A DNA stretch of 64,000 bases, taken from positions 54,746 to 118,745 of the IMG/VR virus record IMGVR_UViG_3300022916_000006; one strand, given 5' to 3'. The notes beneath the pieces were generated by a model that saw only the letters and a list, made by a program, of their open reading frames with translations, did no database searches and was not told the origin of the DNA. The position numbers and the translations under genes are program-made. Positions 54,497 to 61,732 of the stretch are shown here, in pieces (within the stretch, counting starts at the first letter, position 1; each line of letters starts with the position of its first letter). Source of the stretch: a virus.

Positions 54497-54822
54497 GATT
54501 CTTATTATATATCATATTCTTTAATATTGCAATGGCATACGGACCATTTGTTCAACTTGATATTGTAGATTCTAATGGTGAAGTATATGTATCAGCACCG
54601 TCATATACATTCTTTGATATTGATGATAGTGATCGACGAATCATAATTGATGATAAATGGGATGGTGATGTTGATACTTTGTATTATGATTATGTGGATG
54701 TTGATGCTGAGAATAATGAATTCTATTATGTAGATGGTGAACCACGATTAATCATAGATAGAGTACATGAGATAATTTTAATTTTAGACATGTCATTTTC
54801 ATTGGTGTATCTTAAAAACTGA
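54493..54822 (+). CDS. Signal-peptide-bearing protein (GDxDT motif)
   Basis: Hydrophobic N-terminus; WDGDVDTLYY. Confidence 0.65.
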   Translation: MRFLLYIIFFNIAMAYGPFVQLDIVDSNGEVYVSAPSYTFFDIDDSDRRIIIDDKWDGDVDTLYYDYVDVDAENNEFYYVDGEPRLIIDRVHEIILILDMSFSLVYLKN

Positions 54823-54841
54823 GAGAAAAGGTAAATAAAAT

Positions 54842-55144
54842 ATGATAAAAATATTTAAGATATTAAAATTAATGGTTGATGAACTTAGATGGACTCGTCC
54901 GATTGTTGTACTGTTTGTTATATTTTTGATAATAAGTTTATTTTCAGTTAAATGTGCCCTGACGACAGTATTTGCAATTTTAGTATTGGTTGGTATGTTA
55001 TTGAGTGTTTTATTATTTGTTGGTCTATGTGCGTGGATATTTGAAGATAAAAAAGAAGATACTATTGGTGATATTATTAAGGGTATTAAAAAGCTCATCA
55101 ACAATATCAAATCTACAATTGAAAAAATTAAAGAATTAGATTAA
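54842..55144 (+). CDS. Membrane protein (2 TM)
   Basis: Hydrophobic segments. Confidence 0.7.
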   Translation: MIKIFKILKLMVDELRWTRPIVVLFVIFLIISLFSVKCALTTVFAILVLVGMLLSVLLFVGLCAWIFEDKKEDTIGDIIKGIKKLINNIKSTIEKIKELD

Positions 55145-55172
55145 ATAAAAAAAAAGAAAAGGATGATAAAAT

Positions 55173-55397
55173 ATGTTACAATTTATATTTCCAGGAATAC
55201 TAATATGTATATTTGCACTTCTAGTGTATAAAGCATTTAGACCTGCAATAGCTAAAGCTGAGATATTAGATGCTAAAGCTGATCTTCAAAACGAAATTGA
55301 TGCAAGTGATAGCGTTCCAACGAAAGGTATCAATAAAGAAGAAATGAAGAATGCTAGGAAAAAGTTAAAAGATTTTGACAATCTGAAAAACAAGTAA
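55173..55397 (+). CDS. Small membrane-anchored protein
   Basis: N-terminal TM; precedes the SPFH gene. Confidence 0.7.
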   Translation: MLQFIFPGILICIFALLVYKAFRPAIAKAEILDAKADLQNEIDASDSVPTKGINKEEMKNARKKLKDFDNLKNK

Positions 55398-55466
55398 GAA
55401 AAGAAAAAACGTAAAAAACGTAATAATAAACAATGAACAAAAAATAACAAAATAAAGGAGTTATAA

Positions 55467-56735
55467 ATGAGTTCAACACAAAGACAGGGACTTCCTGTAT
55501 TCAAAACGATCACAATGATCTTAGGTGCACTATGCTTGCTATTAGCTATATTCTTAGGTAAGAATCTAGTAGAAGAAAATCAAGCTGGTTACTATCAAAT
55601 CAAACAATCATTTCCTAAAGGTATTATGTCAGAACGTAATGCTCCAGGATATTATGGTCAATGGCTTGATAAGTTGACAACATATAAAATATCAGAAGAA
55701 ATTGCCTTATCATCTGACGATTTGGATGGTGGAGATGGTGCTGAAGCTCAAGCTGTACGAGTTCAATTTCCAGATGGATATGCCGATATTGATATTGTAG
55801 TTCAATATATATTGTCAACTGAAAGTACAAATCAGCAAGAGTTGCATAGATTATATGGATCAAATGTTGCGGTAAAAAGTATGATCAGACAGCAAATAAT
55901 TGAAGCCTTTCAAAATACAGGCTCATTATTTAATTCTGGTGATGCATACGCTGATAGACGATCTGATTTCATATCAACTGCAAAAGATCAAGTAGTTGAT
56001 GGGCTGTATATGCCTATGGTAACAGTTGAAACTATCACAAATAAAGATAATACAACCAGAACGAAAAAGCATTATACGGTTAAGTTAGATAATAACGGTT
56101 TCCCAATAATCAAAAAAGAATCAACAATTGCTAGCTTTGGCATTACGTTTACTCAATTTAATGTTAAAGATATGAAATTTGATCCAAAATTGATGGCATT
56201 AATTGATGCAAAGAAAGATGCTCAGAAAGCCGAACAAGATGCTATTACAGCTAAAGCGGCTGGTGATGCTAAGATTGCAACAGAACGTGCTACTCAAGAA
56301 ATTGAGAAAATCAAACAAGTTACAATCGCTCAAAAAAATAAAGAAGTTGCTGTTTTAGATGCCAATAGGAAATATGAAGTTGAAGTTAGACTTGCTGAAA
56401 AAGCATTTGAAACTGAAAGACTTGCGGCTTTGAAAGCTCTTGAAACTGCAAAGAAAATCGAAGCTGAAGGTATGGCGAAAGCTAATGCAAATAGAGCTCT
56501 GGTTGCGGCTGGTTTAACTCCACTTGAACGTGCTAACATTGATAAAGATACTGCAATTGGTGTTGCACGAGAGATTGCAAAAGTGAATCTACCTGGTATG
56601 ATGATAATTGGTGGTGATGGTCAAGGTGGAACTCCAGTTGATCCATTTACGGCCGTTGGTGTTAAAGCTATTTGGGACTTGTCAAAAGAGATGAGTGACA
56701 GTGGCACATCTAGTGCTAGAGTAAATAACAAATAG
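55467..56735 (+). CDS. SPFH/band-7 (flotillin-like) membrane protein
   Basis: N-terminal TM, SPFH-like core (FGITFTQFNVKDMKFD), long Ala/Glu/Lys coiled coil; AAGGAG RBS. Confidence 0.8.
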   Translation: MSSTQRQGLPVFKTITMILGALCLLLAIFLGKNLVEENQAGYYQIKQSFPKGIMSERNAPGYYGQWLDKLTTYKISEEIALSSDDLDGGDGAEAQAVRVQFPDGYADIDIVVQYILSTESTNQQELHRLYGSNVAVKSMIRQQIIEAFQNTGSLFNSGDAYADRRSDFISTAKDQVVDGLYMPMVTVETITNKDNTTRTKKHYTVKLDNNGFPIIKKESTIASFGITFTQFNVKDMKFDPKLMALIDAKKDAQKAEQDAITAKAAGDAKIATERATQEIEKIKQVTIAQKNKEVAVLDANRKYEVEVRLAEKAFETERLAALKALETAKKIEAEGMAKANANRALVAAGLTPLERANIDKDTAIGVAREIAKVNLPGMMIIGGDGQGGTPVDPFTAVGVKAIWDLSKEMSDSGTSSARVNNK

Positions 56736-56763
56736 ATAGATAAGTAGTTTATTTATTACATTG

Positions 56764-56800
56764 AAAATGGACTGCAACATAAGAACCAGTCCATTTTTTT
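56764..56800 (+). terminator. Intrinsic terminator (bidirectional-looking)
   Basis: AAAATGGACTG/CAGTCCATTTT 11-bp stem plus T run. Confidence 0.8.
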
Positions 56801-56823
56801 AATACTAAGAGAATGATAATATT

Positions 56824-57030
56824 ATGATCAAACAAGAACGAGAAGCTATTGATTTAGCAATTGAACTTTGTGAAAAAGCACAATATGGACAGCGACACAT
56901 AAAACATTTAGAAAATATAAGACTGATATTAGAAGGTGTGGATACTCCTAAAGTATTGTTAATGTTAGAGCAGGCTAGAATAGCTAGTATCAAACATTGC
57001 AAAAAATGTGGTCAAGAAATAAAAAAATAA
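56824..57030 (+). CDS. Hypothetical protein
   Basis: Short ORF ending HCKKCG. Confidence 0.55.
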   Translation: MIKQEREAIDLAIELCEKAQYGQRHIKHLENIRLILEGVDTPKVLLMLEQARIASIKHCKKCGQEIKK

Positions 57031-57046
57031 AAAAAAATGAAAAAAG

Positions 57047-57086
57047 TTGTTGACTTACTGATTTTACCCTATATTTATATATAGTA
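57047..57086 (+). promoter_or_regulatory. Class B promoter heading the tRNA cluster
   Basis: TTGTTGACTTACTGATTTTACCCTATATTTATATATAGTA. Confidence 0.75.
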
Positions 57087-57463
57087 AGTGATGTAACTTA
57101 CATAAACGTTTTAACAGATAATAACTGTTGAATTAAGGAGAACAATAACTTATATTGTAAAATTATGAGAATGTTAGTAGTAAATAGTAAAATTAATTTG
57201 AATGAATCGAATATTAGATTTATTGGGACTTGGGATATAAGTCTTGGTGTGATTGGTACGGATTGTCGTGACCATTATATGGAACATCAAGCGAGACTAC
57301 CAAGAACTGAAAATTTAATGAAACCGATTATATCATCAAACTAATAATAAACTAATAAACTATAAAATACTAAACATAAAATATAACTCATAATCCTTAA
57401 ACTTTAAACAGTGTAGTTTTAAAGACACTTAAAAAACTTTAAATTTGACATAAGAAAAATATT

Positions 57464-57539
57464 GCAGTAGTAGTTCCAATTGGCTAGAACGTGAGATTTC
57501 CAATCTTGATGCTTATGGGTTCGAGTCCCATCTACTGCA
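57464..57539 (+). tRNA. trnG: tRNA-Gly(TCC)
   Basis: GCAGTAG/CTACTGC acceptor; TGAGA-TTTCCAA-TCTTG; ATGGG-TTCGAGT-CCCAT. Confidence 0.9.
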
Positions 57540-57543
57540 CACT

Positions 57544-57614
57544 GCGAATATAGTTCAGTGGAAGAACACAACGTTGCCAACGTTGGTATGAGAGTTCGAT
57601 TCTCTCTATTCGCT
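57544..57614 (+). tRNA. trnG: tRNA-Gly(GCC)
   Basis: GCGAATA/TATTCGC; CAACG-TTGCCAA-CGTTG; GAGAG-TTCGATT-CTCTC. Confidence 0.92.
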
Positions 57615-57725
57615 CAAATGAAAAAATAATTTAAAATAATTGTTTTTTTATATAGATTATATGTTATAGATTACATAACATAATTGAGATGCTATTTGAC
57701 ATTGTTGGTAACTGTTTTAATAATT

Positions 57726-57784
57726 GCTATGTTCATGAAACACGGTACAGTAGTTCGCTACACATCAAAAGTAGTGAACATAGC
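57726..57784 (+). ncRNA. Unassigned small structured RNA
   Basis: GCTATGTTCA/TGAACATAGC 10-bp closing stem. Confidence 0.45.
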
Positions 57785-57792
57785 ATAAGTTT

Positions 57793-57862
57793 GGCGATAT
57801 GTGATGGTTCACGTGAATGCTTCATACGTATTCATTGATCAGTTCGAAACTGGTTGTCGCTA
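57793..57862 (+). tRNA. Non-canonical tRNA with CAT anticodon (Met/Ile2-like)
   Basis: GGCGATA/TGTCGCT; 4-bp D stem with TGGT loop; 7-bp anticodon stem; ATCAG-TTCGAAA-CTGGT. Confidence 0.75.
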
Positions 57863-57864
57863 CT

Positions 57865-57950
57865 GTGTAGGTGGTTAGATTGGTAATACACTCGACTGTG
57901 AATCGAGTTGGAAGATGTTCCTCATGCGGGTTCAAATCCCGTCCTACACC
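57865..57950 (+). tRNA. trnH: tRNA-His(GTG) with long variable arm
   Basis: GTGTAGG/CCTACAC, C73; CTCGA-CTGTGAA-TCGAG; 18-nt variable region with a GGAA/TTCC stem. Confidence 0.85.
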
Positions 57951-57951
57951 C

Positions 57952-58039
57952 TATAGGATGGCGTGGTAGCCTGAGTGGAAAGATGTTTTGAGATAGGGAC
58001 CTCAAACTCATAGAAACTTGTAAGCCAATTACTCCTATA
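57952..58039 (+). ncRNA. Unassigned structured RNA between tRNA-His and tRNA-Tyr
   Basis: TATAGGA/TCCTATA closing stem; TTTGAG/CTCAAA and TGAG/CTCA inner stems. Confidence 0.45.
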
Positions 58040-58043
58040 TTTT

Positions 58044-58123
58044 GGATGTTTAGCCCGACTGGTAAGGGGGGAATCTGTAAAATTTCTTAACCATCAAGAT
58101 GAGTTCGAATCTCTCAACATCCA
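58044..58123 (+). tRNA. trnY: tRNA-Tyr(GTA)
   Basis: GGATGTT/AACATCC; GGAAT-CTGTAAA-ATTTC; long variable arm; bulged T stem. Confidence 0.8.
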
Positions 58124-58125
58124 CA

Positions 58126-58256
58126 AAGTGAAGTCTGATTAATAAATTGATTCTTTAATGCTTATTTGTAATATACTGAGAGTGTATTTATTTTATTGAA
58201 TTTTTATAATTACGCTGTATATTTAATTAAATAATGTATTTAACTAGACTTCACTT
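58126..58256. repeat. 131-bp element bounded by inverted repeats
   Basis: AAGTGAAGTCT (58126-58136) and AGACTTCACTT (58246-58256), extending to 15/17. Confidence 0.7.
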
Positions 58257-58261
58257 AATTT

Positions 58262-58332
58262 GGTTTGGTAGCTCAATGGTAGAGCGTGGGGCTGTTAACC
58301 TCGTGACTAAGGTTCGATTCCTTATCAAACCG
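58262..58332 (+). tRNA. trnN: tRNA-Asn(GTT)
   Basis: GGTTTGG/TCAAACC, G73; CTGTTAA loop; TAAGG-TTCGATT-CCTTA. Confidence 0.92.
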
Positions 58333-58336
58333 CAAT

Positions 58337-58408
58337 AGGAGTATGGTGTAACGGTAGCACACTGGACTTTGAATCCGGGAATGTCGAGTTCGATTCTCAC
58401 TACTTCTG
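58337..58408 (+). tRNA. trnQ: tRNA-Gln(TTG)
   Basis: AGGAGTA/TACTTCT; CTGGA-CTTTGAA-TCCGG; bulged T stem. Confidence 0.88.
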
Positions 58409-58439
58409 CAAAAATAAATAAAAATGATTTAAAAATTAT

Positions 58440-58514
58440 GGGCGGTTAGTATAAATGGACTAGTACACAAAACTTTCAATTTTGGGAATGCGAGTTCGAA
58501 TCTCGTACCGTCTA
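58440..58514 (+). tRNA. trnE: tRNA-Glu(TTC)
   Basis: GGGCGGT/ACCGTCT; CAAAA-CTTTCAA-TTTTG; GCGAG-TTCGAAT-CTCGT. Confidence 0.9.
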
Positions 58515-58526
58515 CAGACTTGGGAC

Positions 58527-58551
58527 AGGAGTTCGATTCTCCTATCGCCTA
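58527..58551 (+). pseudogene. Orphan tRNA 3' fragment (T arm plus acceptor strand)
   Basis: AGGAG-TTCGATT-CTCCT-ATCGCCT-A. Confidence 0.7.
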
Positions 58552-58571
58552 CAAAAAAAGGATATTACATT

Positions 58572-58847
58572 ATGAACATAGCACAAAAATTTATGGCTTA
58601 TGTCTTTAAATGGCAATATGTAAGATTGATACATGATTATCGTATGAATCAACCAGATTTAATTAGACGTGCGTATTCTATCGATGATAATTGGTTTGCT
58701 AATCCATATTTACCAAGTACAAGAGTACATTTAACATCTACTGGTACAGTATATAAAGGTAGATATATTATTGATTCTGTGAATTATGCTAGTTATATTG
58801 ATAGTTGGGAGCCAATTACAAAAGGTATGATTGCGTTGTATTTATGA
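58572..58847 (+). CDS. Hypothetical protein
   Basis: AAGGA RBS; start corrected (the ORF-track N-terminus overlaps the tRNA). Confidence 0.7.
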   Translation: MNIAQKFMAYVFKWQYVRLIHDYRMNQPDLIRRAYSIDDNWFANPYLPSTRVHLTSTGTVYKGRYIIDSVNYASYIDSWEPITKGMIALYL

Positions 58848-59773
58848 AATATTGTATTTACGATATAGTCAATGAGAAATATCATACCAAATATGGTAAA
58901 ATGTTTAATTATAAACATTGGCATGATGAATTGACGAGTGATGTACAATTGTTTGATTCATATGAAGATGCATTTGATCATTTAAATCATTGTGATATGG
59001 ATGATATAGTAACAATGATAAAAGAAGTAACAGATGCAGAAGCGGTGATAATGTTATTATGAAATATTATATATATGATAACAAAGTAAAATTATATTTT
59101 AAAGAAATTGGATATTATGAAGAAGGTGAATGGTCGTATGATTTATCAATACGTGTTAGATTCTTTAATTCTAACATTGAGGCTCGAAATTACATGTTTA
59201 CGTGGTTGGAATATAAATGGTACAAACATCTAGAAGTGAAATCAATATCAGATGCAGAATATATTGTAAGAATATTATGAAATATTATATGAAATATTAT
59301 ATATATGATCGAGATGATCCTGAGGAAGTATATTATAATAAGTGTGATATCGATGATCGTAATTCAATGTTCCCCTCAAGGTGGTCCAATAAAATTACAA
59401 GTGAACTTAGATTATTTGATTCATATGAAGATGCTTTTAACTACTCACAACAATGGTCTGATAATATATGGTATCGTGATTTAGAAATAAGATCAATATC
59501 AGAATCAGCGTTTGTGGCAACCATATTATGAAATATTATATAGTGGATAAGTATGAGGATGTAACTTCAATATATTATATAGGAAACCATCGTTGGTATT
59601 CTACATTAAGTAATAATATAAAATTATTTACAACTAGATATTATGCAAAAAAATATATTACATTGAATCTTAATGTTGTGCATCATATCTTTTATAATGG
59701 GATCATACATGGGAATGGTTGCTATGTGATAAAATCAATATCAGATGAAGAAGCTGTAATAACAAAATTATAA
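58844..59773 (+). other. MKYY family block inside the tRNA cluster (4 CDS: 58844-59062, 59059-59280, 59277-59531, 59528-59773)
   Basis: Shared motifs; tails read K(E/S)(V/I)(T/S)D(A/E)E. Confidence 0.9.
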
Positions 59774-59780
59774 AATAAAT

Positions 59781-59862
59781 GGTTCTGTGGTGGAACGTAT
59801 ACACGCTGTACTCAAAATGCAGTGATCGAAAGGTCGTGAGAGTTCAAATCTCTCCAGAACTA
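59781..59862 (+). tRNA. trnL: tRNA-Leu(CAA)
   Basis: GGTTCTG/CAGAACT; CTGTA-CTCAAAA-TGCAG; long variable arm. Confidence 0.88.
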
Positions 59863-59874
59863 CAATAAAGAATT

Positions 59875-59958
59875 GGTCCTGTGGTGGAATGGTAGACACA
59901 TCAGATTTAAAATCTGTGGCTCTTTATGGGCGTGAGAGTTCAAGTCTCTCCAGGACTA
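59875..59958 (+). tRNA. trnL: tRNA-Leu(TAA)
   Basis: GGTCCTG/CAGGACT; TTTAAAA loop; long variable arm. Confidence 0.9.
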
Positions 59959-60047
59959 CAAAAATAAAAAAAATAAATGTTTTTTTATATTAATAAAATG
60001 TAATATATTTACATAGTTAATTGATAACAAAAGTAAGGAAATCACAC

Positions 60048-60260
60048 ATGAGTAATTTATTTGATAGAATGTTTCCACCAGAGAATTATCCAAAATATAT
60101 GTTTAGATTGTTGAAAGATTTTGGTGATCATAAAGCTGATACTGAGTTTGATTGCTGTGGTGGAAATGTACGAGGTATATCAACTAAGAGTGGAGCAACG
60201 ATTAATTTTGATGATAGTGACTATTTTGAATACGTTGGAGAGGTTGAAAACAATGTCTAA
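60048..60260 (+). CDS. Hypothetical protein
   Basis: AAGGAAATCACACATG start. Confidence 0.7.
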   Translation: MSNLFDRMFPPENYPKYMFRLLKDFGDHKADTEFDCCGGNVRGISTKSGATINFDDSDYFEYVGEVENNV

Positions 60261-60486
60261 ACAAAATATCAAAAGATTTTTAGGAACAAGATTTCATGTT
60301 TCTAAACATGGTGAACGAGAACTACGTAAACATCAGTTGAATCCAATAAAAGCTATGCAACGTCTTACAGTTGAGTTAGCAAAAAATGATGATAGAGGTG
60401 GTGTTTATGTTGAATCAAATGGTAAGTTGTGGAGAAAGAATAAACACGTTTCTCCAGAAGAATTGTTTAATCAATTAGAAAAATAA
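60253..60486 (+). CDS. Hypothetical protein
   Basis: GAGG RBS; start corrected to MSKQNI. Confidence 0.7.
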   Translation: MSKQNIKRFLGTRFHVSKHGERELRKHQLNPIKAMQRLTVELAKNDDRGGVYVESNGKLWRKNKHVSPEELFNQLEK

Positions 60487-60498
60487 AGGATTAATGAT

Positions 60499-60699
60499 AT
60501 GAAAGTAACCATGCCACTAACAGTTGGTAGATTATTATGTGGTACAGTAAGAGACTTTTTAAATAAATGTAAGTTTCAAGGAATGGATATTACATTTATA
60601 GAATCTTCTGGATGGATTGAACGAGACTTTATTGTCAAAGGTTCTAGAAAAGATATTGAAACTATTAGAATTTCAATACAAAATTATATAAATGCTTAA
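60499..60699 (+). CDS. Hypothetical protein
   Basis: AAGGA RBS. Confidence 0.7.
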   Translation: MKVTMPLTVGRLLCGTVRDFLNKCKFQGMDITFIESSGWIERDFIVKGSRKDIETIRISIQNYINA

Positions 60700-60708
60700 A
60701 AAAACAAT

Positions 60709-60737
60709 GGGTGCGTAGCTCAGCTTGGTAGAGCATT
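60709..60737 (+). pseudogene. 5' half of split tRNA-Lys(TTT)
   Basis: GGGTGCG-TA-GCTC-AGCTTGGTA-GAGC-ATT; the acceptor strand pairs with 61771-61777. Confidence 0.85.
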
Positions 60738-60766
60738 ATTGTTTTTAGTTTTTTGAAATATTAAAA

Positions 60767-60838
60767 TGGTCCATAGGTTAACTGGTAAACCAAATGACTT
60801 TTAATCATTAATTCTCAGTTCGAGTCTGAGTGGGCCAA
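60767..60838 (+). tRNA. trnK: tRNA-Lys(TTT), intact, inside the insertion
   Basis: TGGTCCA/TGGGCCA; AATGA-CTTTTAA-TCATT; CTCAG-TTCGAGT-CTGAG. Confidence 0.9.
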
Positions 60839-60904
60839 CTTAAATAAATTTTTAATCAAAAAACATAGGTTCGACTATATTTATTAGTATAGGAGAATTT
60901 ATAA

Positions 60905-61732
60905 ATGAAGAAATGTAAAAAATGTGGTGATGAATTTGAACCACGAAAAGGATTGATAAGTTATTGTTCTTTGTCATGTAGAAACACAAGAGTACATTCA
61001 GAAGAAACTAAAAAGAAAATATCAGATACGAATTCTGGTAAATATTTTGGAACATATGCATTACCAAAAAAATGTAAATATTGTGAAAAAGTATTAGTAG
61101 ATTATTTACGCAAAGCAAATACTTGTAATGGTTGTAAACCGTATGTTCTTAATATAAAATTATTTGAAAAATTAAATATACATGAAACTGATTTAGGTAA
61201 AGCTAACATATTAGCATGTGATAAATTAATTGATTTATATTATTCTAACAATAAATCATTAAGTGAGATATATGAAGAATATAATATACGTGGTAATACC
61301 ATATATTATTTTTTAAAGAAAAACGGAATACCACTACGGACAGTACGTGATGGAGTTAGATTAGCTATTGCATCTGGAAAGATAATAACACCAGTAAATA
61401 AACAATATAAGTCAGGTATACATACGACATGGTTTAATAAAGATATCTTTATGCGTAGTTCATATGAATTTAGATTTGCAACACATTTAGATAAACAGAA
61501 AGTTTTTTACCAATATGAGAAACAATTTGAATATTACTTTGATGATTTATATAGAACATATAGAGCTGATTTTTTTATTCCAGATTGGAATCTTGTGGTT
61601 GAAACAAAAAGTAGATACTATTATGAAAAAGATAAAAAAAAGATTGGAATACAAAGGCAAGCAGTGTTAGATTCAGGGTATGAATTTGTATTGTTATTAG
61701 ATGAAGATGAAATTGATAATTTTAATAAATAA
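60905..61732 (+). CDS. Putative homing endonuclease: Zn fingers plus C-terminal PD-(D/E)XK domain
   Basis: CKKC...CSLSC, CKYC...CNGC; RSSYE...YRADF...VVETK; TATATTTAT motif and AGGAG RBS upstream. Confidence 0.8.
   Translation: MKKCKKCGDEFEPRKGLISYCSLSCRNTRVHSEETKKKISDTNSGKYFGTYALPKKCKYCEKVLVDYLRKANTCNGCKPYVLNIKLFEKLNIHETDLGKANILACDKLIDLYYSNNKSLSEIYEEYNIRGNTIYYFLKKNGIPLRTVRDGVRLAIASGKIITPVNKQYKSGIHTTWFNKDIFMRSSYEFRFATHLDKQKVFYQYEKQFEYYFDDLYRTYRADFFIPDWNLVVETKSRYYYEKDKKKIGIQRQAVLDSGYEFVLLLDEDEIDNFNK

Noticed and set aside
56-57002. Numerous 60-155-aa minus-strand ORFs in the track
   Set aside because: All lie antisense to well-supported plus-strand genes or in repeats and lack RBS and motifs; expected by chance in AT-rich DNA.
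58515-58551. tmRNA 3' end
   Set aside because: The acceptor strand ATCGCCT lacks the alanine G3-U70 context and no matching tmRNA 5' end was found.
58482-58571. N-terminal extension of ORF 58482-58847
   Set aside because: TTG start lies within tRNA-Glu; ATG 58572 has an AAGGA RBS.
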